From the NCBI GenBank assembly GCA_963739795.1, contig CAVUBL010000010.1, positions 410,798 through 474,797 of the forward strand: a DNA stretch of 64,000 bases. Direction: 5' to 3'. The stretch comes from an uncultured Acidobacteriota bacterium. Lineage in GTDB: Bacteria > Acidobacteriota > Thermoanaerobaculia > Multivoradales > DATKCC01. Positions 21,443 to 31,664 of this stretch are shown one piece after another. Each line of letters starts with the position of its first letter. Within the stretch, counting starts at the first letter, position 1. Position numbers and translations under genes: made by a program. The notes beneath the pieces were generated by a model that was not told where the DNA came from, ran no database searches, and worked only from the letters and a program-made list of their open reading frames with translations.

Positions 21443-24282
21443 GCCGCCAGCACCTCGTTCAGCTCACGCAGCACCTCGGGCAGCTCCTCTCCGAACACCT
21501 GCCGGGCCTTGCCCAGGCCGCCCTCCTCGGCGAACGGGGTGTACGCGAAGTCGTCCACCTCGATCTCCAGGCTCGTCGAGATGTGGTCCCGGATCATCTC
21601 CAGCCACTCGACCTGCTGCGGCGTGAACCGCCGGCCGGTCTGCATCTGCTGGGCGAGCCAGCCGCGGAACCGCTCCTGCACCTGCTCCGGGTAGGGCACC
21701 AGCTCGTCCGCCTCGTGGAGGGCGTAGCGGACCAGCGAGACGACGTCGGTCAGCAGCCGCCGGCCCGAGGCGCCGCGCACCCGGCTGCGGTCGAGGGTCT
21801 CGTACGCCCGCCACAGCCTCTCGGGCGTCCAGGAGCGGGGCGGCGCGCCGATCGCCTCGGCCAGGCCCTTGACGTCGGCGTAGTGGAGCCGGTCCTTGTA
21901 GCCCACCGAGTAGAAGAACTGGAGCGCCGTGATCTCGTCCTTGTGCTCCGCGATGAACTGCTCGAACGAGGTCACCATCGCCTTCGCCTTGAGCCGGGCC
22001 TCCTCGGAGACGCCGGCCTCGAGGACCGTGTCTTCCGACACCTCGTCGATGATCTGCTCCAGGTTCCGCTTCACCTCGAGGAGGGTCTGGCGGAGGCCGG
22101 GCCGGGTGGCCAGGGGCAGGGCCGCCTCGTGGAGCATCGCGATGCCCGCCTGCTTCACCTGCTCGTCGCTGGGCGGCTCCTCGCCGGCGAGGCTCGGGTC
22201 GGCCCGGGCGCGCTCGATCCGGGCGTCCGGGTCCAGAGCCTTGACCAGATCTCCGGTCATCTCCTGGAGCGTCACGCCGTCGGAGGCGTACTCGATGAGC
22301 TTCCGGTCCTGGACGCCGCACTGCTTGTCCAGCCGCGACAGCCGGCTCACCAGGCTGCTGTAGACCCTCGGGTCGACCGTGCCCGCGGCCACCTGGTCGA
22401 GGAGCGCCTTCAGGCTGACGCGGGGCTCGCGTTCGAGGGGCTGCGTGTCCGCCAGCTCGGACTCGGTGATCTCGACGCAGTCCACGATGACGAAGTGGGT
22501 CTTGGCCCGGGCGTCCGGGGAGACGCCCTGAAGCTCAGTTCGATCGACGATCCGCACGCCGCGCCCCTTCATCTGCTCGAACAGGACCCGGCTCTTGACC
22601 GAGCGCATGAACATGACGATCTCGATGGGCTTGACGTCGGTGCCGGTCGCCACCATGTCGACGGTCACTGCGATCCGCGGGAAGTAGCTCGTCCTGAAGT
22701 CCTGGATCAGGTCCGACGGCTTGCCCTCGGTGTTCTTGTAGGTGATCTTGCGGGCGAACTGGTCGCCCCGCCCGAACTCCTCGCGCACGATGCCCACGAT
22801 GTCCTCCGCGTGGGAGTCGTCCTTGGCGAAGATCAGGGTCTTGGGGACCTCGGTGCGGCCCGGGAAGATCTCGGTGGTCACCTTGTCGCGGAAGGTCTGG
22901 ATGATCGTGCGGATCTGGTCTTTGGCCACGACCTTGCGGTCCAGGTCGCCCGCCTGGTAGGTGACGGGCTCGTCCGGTGCCTGCCAGCGGGTGGTGCGGG
23001 TCTGGCGGTCCCGGATCCCCAGCAGGGGCAGCGGGCTGGCCTCGATGGTCGAGCCGTGCTGGGTGATCCGCGTCCGGATCCGGTAGATCTCGAAGTCGAC
23101 GTTCACCCCGTCGGCCACCGCCTCCTCGTGGCTGTACTCCATGACCAGGTTCTGGTTGAAGAAGCCGAAGGTGTGCTTGGCCGGGGTGGCGGTGAGCCCC
23201 ACGAGGTAGGCGTCGAAGTACTCCAGGACCTGGCGCCAGAGCGAGTAGATCGAGCGGTGGCACTCGTCGATGAAGATGACGTCGAAGAACTCGGGCGGGA
23301 TGGCCGGGTTGTAGACCACGGGCAGGGGCTCTGAGGCGGCCGGAACCGAGCTCTCGAAAAGAGACGCTTCCTCGACCGCGGCGTCGAGCTCGTCCTCCCC
23401 TTTCAGCATCGAGTAGAGCCGCTGGATCGTGGTGATGACGACCTTCGAAGACGAGGCGATGGTGTTCGAGGTGAGCCGCTGAACGTTGTAGAGCTCCGTG
23501 AGCTTGCGGTTGTCGTCGGGCGTTCGGTACCCCTGGAACTCCTTCTCCGCCTGCTCGGCCAGGTTCGAGCGGTCGACCAGGAAGAGCACCCGGCGCGCGC
23601 CGCCGAGCTTGATCAACCGGTAGATCGAGCTGACCGCCAGGAGGGTCTTGCCGGACCCCGTGGCCATCTGGATGAGCGCCCTCGGCTTGTCCTGCTTGAG
23701 CGACGCCTCCAGGTGGGTGATGGCGGTGACCTTGTTGTGCCAGAGGTCCGGCAGGTGAACCGGCGGCAGGCAGGCGATCCGCGACCTCAAGGTGGAGGGC
23801 GCCTCGGTCTCCTCCACCGGGCCACCGCCCCAGCCCTCGGTCCATCGGCCGAGCGGCTCGGCCTGGAGCCACTCCGCCAGCGTCGCCGGCTGATGGAAGC
23901 TGAAGACCGGCCGGCTGCGGGGGTGTGGATCGAGGAGGTTGGCGAACCGGGTCTCGCCGCCGGTGCTCGTGTATAGGAAGGGCAGAGGCCGGACCGGCGG
24001 GTCGAGATCCCCGGGCAGGCCCTCGGAGTACTTCTTGGCCTGGAGCTCCACGCTGGCGAGCGGGTACCCCGCGGGCTTCGCCTCCAGCACGCCGACCGGC
24101 TTGGCATCCACGAAGAGCAGGTAGTCGACCGTGCCGTGGCCGCGGGCCATCTTGAACTCGCGGACGGCCACGCCCCGACCGGCGTGGAGGTTCAGCTCGG
24201 CGTGGTCCTGGATCACCCAGCCGGCCTGCTCCAGGAGCCGGTCGATTCGGCGACGGGCCTGCTCCTCGGGCTTGAGAGGCAT
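21439..24282 (-). CDS. hsdR: Type I R-M restriction subunit (EcoEI-like)
   Basis: VDYLLFVD..VLEAK nuclease motif, MATGSGKT, DECHRS, TATP, QMKGRG; ATG at 24282. Confidence 0.93.
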   Translation of the reverse strand: MPLKPEEQARRRIDRLLEQAGWVIQDHAELNLHAGRGVAVREFKMARGHGTVDYLLFVDAKPVGVLEAKPAGYPLASVELQAKKYSEGLPGDLDPPVRPLPFLYTSTGGETRFANLLDPHPRSRPVFSFHQPATLAEWLQAEPLGRWTEGWGGGPVEETEAPSTLRSRIACLPPVHLPDLWHNKVTAITHLEASLKQDKPRALIQMATGSGKTLLAVSSIYRLIKLGGARRVLFLVDRSNLAEQAEKEFQGYRTPDDNRKLTELYNVQRLTSNTIASSSKVVITTIQRLYSMLKGEDELDAAVEEASLFESSVPAASEPLPVVYNPAIPPEFFDVIFIDECHRSIYSLWRQVLEYFDAYLVGLTATPAKHTFGFFNQNLVMEYSHEEAVADGVNVDFEIYRIRTRITQHGSTIEASPLPLLGIRDRQTRTTRWQAPDEPVTYQAGDLDRKVVAKDQIRTIIQTFRDKVTTEIFPGRTEVPKTLIFAKDDSHAEDIVGIVREEFGRGDQFARKITYKNTEGKPSDLIQDFRTSYFPRIAVTVDMVATGTDVKPIEIVMFMRSVKSRVLFEQMKGRGVRIVDRTELQGVSPDARAKTHFVIVDCVEITESELADTQPLEREPRVSLKALLDQVAAGTVDPRVYSSLVSRLSRLDKQCGVQDRKLIEYASDGVTLQEMTGDLVKALDPDARIERARADPSLAGEEPPSDEQVKQAGIAMLHEAALPLATRPGLRQTLLEVKRNLEQIIDEVSEDTVLEAGVSEEARLKAKAMVTSFEQFIAEHKDEITALQFFYSVGYKDRLHYADVKGLAEAIGAPPRSWTPERLWRAYETLDRSRVRGASGRRLLTDVVSLVRYALHEADELVPYPEQVQERFRGWLAQQMQTGRRFTPQQVEWLEMIRDHISTSLEIEVDDFAYTPFAEEGGLGKARQVFGEELPEVLRELNEVLAA

Positions 24283-24360
24283 GCGCGGAGCAGTGTAGTG
24301 CACGCGACAAGCTCGTGCACCGGCCGGCTCCGCCATCCCGGACACCGGGCACCGGGCCCC

Positions 24361-24391
24361 GCGGCCGCCGGGGTCGGGCTCCGGCGGCCGC
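24361..24391. terminator. GC-rich hairpin downstream of the RND operon
   Basis: GCGGCCGCCGG-9nt-CCGGCGGCCGC; no U-tract. Confidence 0.3.
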
Positions 24392-24407
24392 TTGCCGGCA
24401 TGAGCTT

Positions 24408-27400
24408 CTACACCTCCAGCCGGTCGTTCGGCCGGGCGACGAGCAGGTAGAGCGCTGGCATCGAGAAGATGCTGATGACCAAGCGCGCCACCAGGCCGGC
24501 GACGATGACCAGCGCGAAGGGGCGCTGCGAGTCCGAGCCGATGCCGGTGGAGAGCGCCGCCGGCAGCAGCCCCAACGCCGCCACCAGGGCCGTCATCATG
24601 ATCGGTCGTAGCCGGACCAGCGCCGCCTCGTGGGTCGCCGTCGCGATGTCCACCCCTCCGCGCCGCAGCTCGTTGGCGTACGAGATGTAGACCACGGCGG
24701 TCTGAACGGAGACCCCGAAGAGCACCAGGAAGCCGATGCCCGACGAGACCGAGAACGGCGTCCCGGTCGCCCACAAGGCGACCAGGCCTCCGACCGGGGC
24801 CGAGAGCAGCACTCCGACGACCGTGATCAGTGGGAACTTGAAGTTGCTGTAGAGGGCGAAGAGCAGCAGGAAGATCACGAACAGGGTCAGCGGCAGGATG
24901 ATCCTCATCTGCCGCCGCGAGGCCGTGTACTCCTTGTACTCGCCACCCCAGTCGATCCGGTAACCGGTCGGGATCTTCACCTTCCCGCTCACCTGGCGCT
25001 GTGCGTCCTCGACCGCGGAGGCCAAGTCCCGGCCTTCGACCGAAAACTGAACGCCGATATAGCGCTGGTCGTTCTGCCGGTAGATGAACGAGGCGCCGTT
25101 CTCGATGCTGATCTTGGCGAGCTCCTTGAGCGGCACCTGCTGGCCGCCCGGCGTGGCGACCAGGATGTTGCCGATCGTCTGCGGGTTGCTGCGGAACTGG
25201 GGCTCCAGGCGAACCACCAGGTCGAAGAGCTTCTCGCCCTCGACCACCTCGGTCGCCGCATCGCCTCCCACCGCGGCTTCGATCAGGTCGTTGATGTCTG
25301 CGACGTTCACCCCGTAGCGGGCGATGGCGGCGCGATCGACCTCGATCGCCAGGCTCGGCTGGCCGAGCTCCTGGACCAGGGTCACGTGGTCGATGCCGCG
25401 CACCCCCTCGAGGACGCGCTTGATCTGCTTGCCCTTGTCCTCGAGGACGTGGAGGTCACTGCCGAAGACCTTGACCGCCAGCGCGCTCTTCAGGCCGGTC
25501 TCCGCCTCGTCCACCGCATCTTCGGCCGGCTGGGTGTAATTGAAGATGATGCCGGGGAAGGACTCCAGCTTCTGGTCGATGGCGGCGATGAGCTCGGGCT
25601 TCGTGCGGTACTTGCCGTGCCACTGGCTGTACGGCTTCAGGCCGACGAAGAACTCGGCGTTGAAGAAACCCGTGGGGTCGGTGCCGTCGTCCGGCCGCCC
25701 GTGCTCGGAGGCGACCACGGTGACCGGCCCGAAGGAGCGCAGAACCTTGCGGATCTCCGGCACGATCTTGCGCGACTCGTCGAAGGAGATGGTGTACGGC
25801 ATGGTGGCCCGCACCCACAGCGCCCCTTCGTCCAGCTTGGGCATGAACTCCGCCCCGATGTGGGGGATCAGGAGCATCGACAGGCCCAAGAGCGCGGCCG
25901 AAACGAAGGTCGTCGTCCAGGGGTGGCGGAGACTCGCGTCGAGACCGCGGCCATAGACCCTCTTGGTCCACTCGAACGCCACGTTGCGCCGCTCCTTGAC
26001 GCCCCGCCTCATCGCCCAGGAGCAGAGCACCGGGAGGAGAGCCAAGGTGACGATCAGGGAGCCCACCAGGGCGAAGATCATGGTGTCGGCCATCGGCTTG
26101 AACAGCTTGCCCGACGGGCCGGAGAGGACATAGATCGGCAGGAAGCCGGCGATCATCACCACCACCGAGTAGAAGATCGGGCGGTCGACCTCCGCCGCGG
26201 CGCGGACGATGAGCTGATGGATCTTGATCGGTTGCTCGTGGTTCTCCGCCACCTGCCGGAAGATGTTCTCCACCATGAAGACGGCGCCGTCCACGAGGAT
26301 GCCGAAGTCCACGGCGCCGATCGAGAGCAGATTGGCTGGGATCCCCTTGAGGTCCAGGCAGACGAAGGCGAAGAGCAGGGCGAGAGGGATGGTGACCGCG
26401 ACGATCAGACCGGAGCGCCAGTCGTAGAGAAAGAAGATCAGCGCCACGACGACCAGGACCATGCCGCGCATCAGGTTGTCCTCGACCGTGCGGGTGGTGA
26501 GGTCGATGAGATCCGTGCGGTCGTAGAAGGGATGGACCTTGACGTCCTTGGGCAGGATGTGCGCGTTGAGCTCGCGGGTCTTGGCTTCGACCCGCTTGAG
26601 CACGGTCTGCGCCTGCTCGCCCTTGCGCAGCAGGATCACGCCCTCGACGGCGTCGCTCTTCTCGTTGAAGCCGAACTGGCCGAGGCGCGGGGCGTGGCCG
26701 ATCACCACCTTCCCCACGTCCTTGACCAGGACCGGCGTGCCGTCGTGGACGGCCAGGACCACCTGGCCGATGTCCTCCGGGGTGTGCACCCGTCCGAGGC
26801 CGCGCACGTAGTAGAACTGCCCGCCCTCCGAGTAGAAGCCGCCGCCGGCGTTGCCGTTGTTGGCGGCCAGCGCCGAGACCACGTCGGCGACCGAGAGCCC
26901 CGCGCCGGCGATCTTGGACGGGTCGAGGAGCACCTGGTACTGCATCGTCTCCCCGCCCAGCCCGGAGTCGTCGGCGACGCCGGGCACCGCCTTGAACTGG
27001 CGCTCGACGATCCAGTCTTCGATCGTCTTGAGCTCCATCGGAGAGCGATCGGGGCTCTCGAGGACGTAGCGGTAGATCAGCCCCGACGGCGAAAAGAGCG
27101 GTGCCACCGAGGGCGAGACCCCGTCCGGAAGCTCGACGTCGGGCAGACGCTCGAAGACGAGCTGGCGGTCGAAGTAGTTGTCGGTCTTGTCGCCGAAGGT
27201 GAGGCGCACGTCCGAGAGGCCGTAGAGCGAGATCGACCGCTGCACCACCATCCCCGGCGTGCCGTTCATCTCGACTTCCGTGGGGACGGTGATCAGCCGC
27301 TCCACCTCCTCGGCGGCGTGCCCCGGCCATTGGGTGACGATCTCGACCAGGGGCGGAGAGAGATCTGGATAGGCGTCGACCGGCAGGCGGCGGAAGGAGT

Positions 27401-27533
27401 AGACACCGGCTCCGACCAGAAGCAGAGCGAAGAGAACCATCAAGAAGCGCTGGTTGAGCGCCAGCTTGACGATCCGGTTGATGATCGACGGCGTCGCGTC
27501 GACGGAGGGCTGCGGAGTCTCGGGGGTGCTCAT
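24408..27533 (-). CDS. CusA/CzcA-family heavy-metal efflux RND transporter
   Basis: LPVDAYPDLS, DFGILVDGAVFMVEN, AEFMPKLDEG and RLRPIMMTALVA motifs. Confidence 0.93.
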   Translation of the reverse strand: MSTPETPQPSVDATPSIINRIVKLALNQRFLMVLFALLLVGAGVYSFRRLPVDAYPDLSPPLVEIVTQWPGHAAEEVERLITVPTEVEMNGTPGMVVQRSISLYGLSDVRLTFGDKTDNYFDRQLVFERLPDVELPDGVSPSVAPLFSPSGLIYRYVLESPDRSPMELKTIEDWIVERQFKAVPGVADDSGLGGETMQYQVLLDPSKIAGAGLSVADVVSALAANNGNAGGGFYSEGGQFYYVRGLGRVHTPEDIGQVVLAVHDGTPVLVKDVGKVVIGHAPRLGQFGFNEKSDAVEGVILLRKGEQAQTVLKRVEAKTRELNAHILPKDVKVHPFYDRTDLIDLTTRTVEDNLMRGMVLVVVALIFFLYDWRSGLIVAVTIPLALLFAFVCLDLKGIPANLLSIGAVDFGILVDGAVFMVENIFRQVAENHEQPIKIHQLIVRAAAEVDRPIFYSVVVMIAGFLPIYVLSGPSGKLFKPMADTMIFALVGSLIVTLALLPVLCSWAMRRGVKERRNVAFEWTKRVYGRGLDASLRHPWTTTFVSAALLGLSMLLIPHIGAEFMPKLDEGALWVRATMPYTISFDESRKIVPEIRKVLRSFGPVTVVASEHGRPDDGTDPTGFFNAEFFVGLKPYSQWHGKYRTKPELIAAIDQKLESFPGIIFNYTQPAEDAVDEAETGLKSALAVKVFGSDLHVLEDKGKQIKRVLEGVRGIDHVTLVQELGQPSLAIEVDRAAIARYGVNVADINDLIEAAVGGDAATEVVEGEKLFDLVVRLEPQFRSNPQTIGNILVATPGGQQVPLKELAKISIENGASFIYRQNDQRYIGVQFSVEGRDLASAVEDAQRQVSGKVKIPTGYRIDWGGEYKEYTASRRQMRIILPLTLFVIFLLLFALYSNFKFPLITVVGVLLSAPVGGLVALWATGTPFSVSSGIGFLVLFGVSVQTAVVYISYANELRRGGVDIATATHEAALVRLRPIMMTALVAALGLLPAALSTGIGSDSQRPFALVIVAGLVARLVISIFSMPALYLLVARPNDRLEV

Positions 27534-28705
27534 TGATTCTCCGCGAACTTGAGGAAGAGTCCACCCTCGACGACGACGCGGTCGTCGGGCGAGAGCCCGG
27601 AGGTCACCTCGAAGAGATCGCCGATCCGCGAGCCGAGGTCGACCCGGCGGCGGAAGTAGTTACCGTCCTTGCCGGCGAGATAGACGAACGGCAGGTTCTC
27701 GTCATCGCGCAGCACGGCCGAGGTCGGCGCCAGAAGCCCCTGATGCCCGGTGCTCGAGTGGATCCGCACCTTGACGTAGAGGTCCTTCTTCAGGGCGCCT
27801 CCCGGGTTGTCGGCCAAGATGCGAACCGCCACGGCCCGGGTCTGGGGATCGACGACGGCGGCGATGTAGGAGACCTTGCCGGGGACCGGGTCGGGCGCGG
27901 TCTCGGTGAGGACCTCGGCCGGATCTCCCACCTTGACGTCGGCCAGGTCGCGGGTGAAGACGTTGGCCATCACCCACATCTTGGAGAGGTCGGCGACGGT
28001 GAAGCAGGTCGTTGCGCCGGCGCCGAGGAGCTCGCCCGGCGTGATCATCCGCTCGACCACCGTGCCGCGGATCGGAGACCGCAGCAGCGCATAGCTCCGG
28101 TCGATCGCCTTGCCGGCCACCAGGTCGTCGAGGGTCTTCTGATCGACCCCCAGCGAGCGCAACGCTTCGAGCGCGGCGTCGCGATCCGCCTCGGCGGAGG
28201 TGGCGTCGGTCTGGGCCTGCTCGAGCTCGCGGCGGGAGAGCCCACCGTCGGCGAACAGCTTGCTGTCCAGATCGGCGATGCGCCGGGCGTTGGCGGCGTC
28301 GGCGGCGCCCTTGCGGTAGGCGCTGATGTCGGCGGCGAAGTCGGGCGAGGCCACCTCGGCCAGAGGCTGGCCGCGCTTCACCTGGGCGCCGACGTCCACC
28401 AGCAGCCGGGCCACCGGTCCCGAGATCGGGGAGATGACCTGGGTCGACTGATCGGCGTCGAAGGCCACCGTGCCGGTGGTCTCCACCGTGCGCCGGTAGT
28501 CGGTGGGCTCGAGGGTCACCGTGTGGATGCGAGCCTGCTGGGCAGGCGTGATGGTGATGCCCTGGGGGGTCGGGTCGGCGGCACTGGCGACCGGCGCGGC
28601 GGCCGGGTCGGAGGCCGGATCGGAGGCGTCGTGGCAGGCTCCGAGGAGCGCCACGGCGGGCAGCAGGAAGAGCACGGGGAGGAACTTCGAAGGTTTCGTT
28701 CTCAT
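27530..28705 (-). CDS. RND membrane-fusion (periplasmic adaptor) protein
   Basis: Lipobox LLGAC; ISGPVARL..VKRGQPL and LRSPIRGTV lipoyl halves. Confidence 0.9.
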   Translation of the reverse strand: MRTKPSKFLPVLFLLPAVALLGACHDASDPASDPAAAPVASAADPTPQGITITPAQQARIHTVTLEPTDYRRTVETTGTVAFDADQSTQVISPISGPVARLLVDVGAQVKRGQPLAEVASPDFAADISAYRKGAADAANARRIADLDSKLFADGGLSRRELEQAQTDATSAEADRDAALEALRSLGVDQKTLDDLVAGKAIDRSYALLRSPIRGTVVERMITPGELLGAGATTCFTVADLSKMWVMANVFTRDLADVKVGDPAEVLTETAPDPVPGKVSYIAAVVDPQTRAVAVRILADNPGGALKKDLYVKVRIHSSTGHQGLLAPTSAVLRDDENLPFVYLAGKDGNYFRRRVDLGSRIGDLFEVTSGLSPDDRVVVEGGLFLKFAENQ

Positions 28706-28715
28706 CGTCGGAGTC

Positions 28716-30005
28716 TCAGGAGTTGGCGGCGGGCAGCCTGGTGCCGATGGCGCGTTCGAGATCGGCGCGCGAGTCGTTGGCCGCGCCCAGGGCGTCGGCG
28801 AGCTCGCTTTCCGCGGCGAGCAGCGTGCGCTTGGAGTCGAGAAGATCGAGGGCGGAGAGCCCCCCGAGGCTGTAGCTCTTGCTGGCGATGTCGTAGGCGC
28901 GTTGGGCCTCGGGGAGAAGCTGGTCTCGGAGATAGATCGCCTGGCGGCGGGCGGTGTCGGCGGCCTGGAAGGCGCTCCGTACCTCGAGGGCGACTTGCGC
29001 TTCGAGGTCGCGGGAGGAGGCCGAGAGCTCCTCCTCGTAGTGCTCGGCCTCGGCGACCTGCCCCTTTTCGTGCTGCCAGAAGAAGAGCGGGAAGCTGATG
29101 CCCGCCACCGTGCTGAAGGTCGAGGTGTCCCCTCGGTAGTTGTTGCGCTCCAGGGTGACGTCGAAGTCCGGCAGCCAGTAGGACCGGGCGAGCTTGGTGG
29201 AGGTGTGCGCCGCCTTGCGCTGCGCCGCCAGGCTCGCCAGGTCCGGACGGTTCGCCGCGGCGAGCTTGACCAGCGTGTCCAGGGGTGGCAGCGGGGGCGG
29301 CACGGACAAGGGGTCGCTGAGCGCCAGGGGCGAGGCGAGTGGCCGCCCGACCAACCGGTTGAGGGTCGAGCGCGAAGTCGCGAGCTGCCGCTCCGTGGCG
29401 ATCAGGGCGTTTTCCGCCTGGGCCACGTCCACCTTGGCCTTGATCACGTCGATCTCGGGCACCGTGCCGGCTTCGAAACGGGCCTGGGTCTTGGCGAGGA
29501 AGTCGTCGGCCAGGGCCTTGGCCTGCTCGAGGTCGCGCAGGTGCCGCCGGGCCACGAGGAGCGCGTCGTAGGCGGTGACGGTGTCGGCGGCGAGCTGCTG
29601 GCGCGCCTGGGTGTAGTCGAGCTCGGCCGACTTGTACAGGTCGGTCGCCGCCTTGCCGCCGAGGCGGATCTTGGTGGGAAAGGGGACGGCGAGGTCGAAG
29701 GCGTAGATGCGCGCCGGCGAGCTGCCGGGCGAGAGCAGGCCGGTCTCGTCGTCGTACTCGGCCGACAGGGCCGGATCGGGCAGGGCGCGGGCCTCGACGA
29801 TCCGGGCTCGCGCCTGCTCCACTTGCTGGCGGGCGGCGGCGAGGCCCGGGTTGTGCGCCCAGGCCTCGCGGACGGCCTGCTCGCGGCTGAGTCCGGGCGG
29901 CGTCGCTTTCGGCGGCGCGGCCGGCGGAGCCGCCGAAGCGCGGGCAGCCGGCAGACAGGCTATGGTGATCGCTACCGCCAACGAGGCGGCACGAAGAGGT
30001 TTCAT
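28716..30005 (-). CDS. TolC/CzcC-family outer-membrane efflux protein
   Basis: Signal peptide, OEP helical repeats, C-B-A operon position. Confidence 0.88.
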   Translation of the reverse strand: MKPLRAASLAVAITIACLPAARASAAPPAAPPKATPPGLSREQAVREAWAHNPGLAAARQQVEQARARIVEARALPDPALSAEYDDETGLLSPGSSPARIYAFDLAVPFPTKIRLGGKAATDLYKSAELDYTQARQQLAADTVTAYDALLVARRHLRDLEQAKALADDFLAKTQARFEAGTVPEIDVIKAKVDVAQAENALIATERQLATSRSTLNRLVGRPLASPLALSDPLSVPPPLPPLDTLVKLAAANRPDLASLAAQRKAAHTSTKLARSYWLPDFDVTLERNNYRGDTSTFSTVAGISFPLFFWQHEKGQVAEAEHYEEELSASSRDLEAQVALEVRSAFQAADTARRQAIYLRDQLLPEAQRAYDIASKSYSLGGLSALDLLDSKRTLLAAESELADALGAANDSRADLERAIGTRLPAANS

Positions 30006-30073
30006 GAACTCCCTCCTTCGGGGCGTTCGAGGCCCCGAGCCAAGCGTTGATCTGTGAAGTCGCTAGGTGCCGC

Positions 30074-30439
30074 CTACGCGGCAGGAGGTGCGCGCCCGTC
30101 GAAGGGGCGCGGGAGGCTGACGTGCGGGGGCCGAGCCGGGCGGCTCACGGTCCGCGAGGAGACCGCGGGAAGGCCAACGCCGGCGAGGGGACTGGTGCCC
30201 ACAAGGGCCATGCCCAGGAGCAGGCAGGCGGGGCAATCGAAGGGGCTGTGCGAGCCCAGGAGCTGCCCGCTGGCCACGGGATGGCCGGGCGAGACGCTAT
30301 GGGCGACGGCCGCCGCGGCGAACAGGTCGCCGAGCTCGTTGCTGTCGTGGTGGAACTGCGGCAGGGGCGCCAGGGTCTCGACGGAGACGAACAGGGCGAG
30401 GAGCGCCAGGCCGGTGAGGGTGCGTTTCCAGCTCCGCAT
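30074..30439 (-). CDS. DUF2946/CzcI/CruR-like leader protein (121 aa)
   Basis: N-terminal hydrophobic helix, His-rich segment, CPAC, C-terminal RAPP; immediately upstream of the efflux operon. Confidence 0.7.
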   Translation of the reverse strand: MRSWKRTLTGLALLALFVSVETLAPLPQFHHDSNELGDLFAAAAVAHSVSPGHPVASGQLLGSHSPFDCPACLLLGMALVGTSPLAGVGLPAVSSRTVSRPARPPHVSLPRPFDGRAPPAA

Positions 30440-30607
30440 CGGTTCAGGACCGTACCACACTCGCGGGAGGACAGAGGGGTGCGATTCTCCGCTCTATCGT
30501 GAGAGCCCCGGGGCTCGCCCTTTCCCTTTGGGCGGTCGTGTTAGGTCCCGGCGACGTGGCGATCGAGCTGTTCGAGTCTGGGACGCTTGTCTCCGCGCCT
30601 CCGGCCA

Positions 30608-31177
30608 TCACACGAGCTCGGCCGGAGTCCAAGGCGGCGGCTGGTCGATACCGACGAGACGGCCTCCGTGGTAGCGGGCGATTCTTCGGAACGGGGCCGC
30701 GGCATGGCTGTTGTCCAGGAGCTCGGCTTCGTCCACGACGCCGAGGGCTTGGCGGACGAGTCGCCAGAGGCGACGGAAGCGGCTGCGGATCTTCTCCTCG
30801 GGCACATCGTGGCCTCCGAGCTCACACCGCAGCTCCACCCGGGCCACCGCGAGGTCTTCCGGGATCAGGAGAACGTGGAGGGAGACGAGGTAGCCCGCGG
30901 ACTTCGCTTCACGAATCAGGTCGAGCTTCGAAGGGTGGGAGAAGACCGTCTCGGCGACGAAGGAGCGGCGTTCCAGGATCAGCTCATGGCGCCGCGTGGC
31001 TGCCAGCTCCGCGGCGTCGTAAGCGTGCCGGGCCGGGTCGGTCGGCCAACGCTCGCGTGCGATCTGGTCCGCGTTCACGAAGGGCAGCCGTGTCGCCGGG
31101 CCGAGAACGCGTTCGTAGAAGGTCGTCTTGCCGGCGCCGTTGGGCCCTGCCACGAGATGCAGAACCGGCGTGGGCAC
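30608..31177 (-). CDS. Zeta-toxin/AAA_33-family P-loop kinase toxin
   Basis: GPNGAGKTT, NADQIA, ETVFSH and GGHDVP motifs. Confidence 0.8.
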   Translation of the reverse strand: MPTPVLHLVAGPNGAGKTTFYERVLGPATRLPFVNADQIARERWPTDPARHAYDAAELAATRRHELILERRSFVAETVFSHPSKLDLIREAKSAGYLVSLHVLLIPEDLAVARVELRCELGGHDVPEEKIRSRFRRLWRLVRQALGVVDEAELLDNSHAAAPFRRIARYHGGRLVGIDQPPPWTPAELV

Positions 31178-31178
31178 G

Positions 31179-31556
31179 TCAGTCTTCGTGCTCGCGGTCG
31201 GAGGGCTTCGGCCCGCGTCGCGTCAAGTGCCCCTGGTCGTCCAGCTCGACATAAGGCCGTCCCTCGGCCTGGAACTCGCGGTCCAGGCGGAGCGCGTCCC
31301 TCAGGGCAGTCATCCGCTCGCTCCAAGACGCCCTGACGATGGCCTGCTCTTCCGTGTCGAGCGCGTCGTATTCCTTGGTCCCGCGGAGTACCTCGGCCAC
31401 CGTCTCGATGGAAACGTCGGGGCTCGCTTCCAGCTCTCGCCCGATGCGTGCCCAGTGGCTGAGCTGCTGTGCGGTGCTCCGGCTCATCACGGAGGCGGCT
31501 TGCGCGGCCGTCGCGTAGAGCTCTTCGTCGATTCGTACAGGGGTGCTCTTCTTCAC
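31179..31556 (-). CDS. ParD-like (RHH) antitoxin
   Basis: VRIDEELY..A...SRS..QQLSHWARIGR signature; directly upstream of the toxin. Confidence 0.75.
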   Translation of the reverse strand: MKKSTPVRIDEELYATAAQAASVMSRSTAQQLSHWARIGRELEASPDVSIETVAEVLRGTKEYDALDTEEQAIVRASWSERMTALRDALRLDREFQAEGRPYVELDDQGHLTRRGPKPSDREHED

Positions 31557-31584
31557 GCCAAGATCCTCGTGCGACAGACGGATC

Positions 31585-31599
31585 GTAGCAGATTGCTAC
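31585..31599. promoter_or_regulatory. Palindromic operator upstream of the ParD-like/Zeta module
   Basis: GTAGCA-gat-TGCTAC. Confidence 0.55.
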
Positions 31600-31664
31600 A
31601 CCATCATCATGAACTGGAGCATCCGGCGCGAGACTCGGAGCTGCCGGGCGGCTTCGCAATCCCC

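Noticed and set aside
24630-27536. 968 aa antisense ORF over the RND transporter, and similar ones over the NTase, hsdR and NACHT genes
   Set aside because: Antisense shadows caused by codon bias; no motifs.
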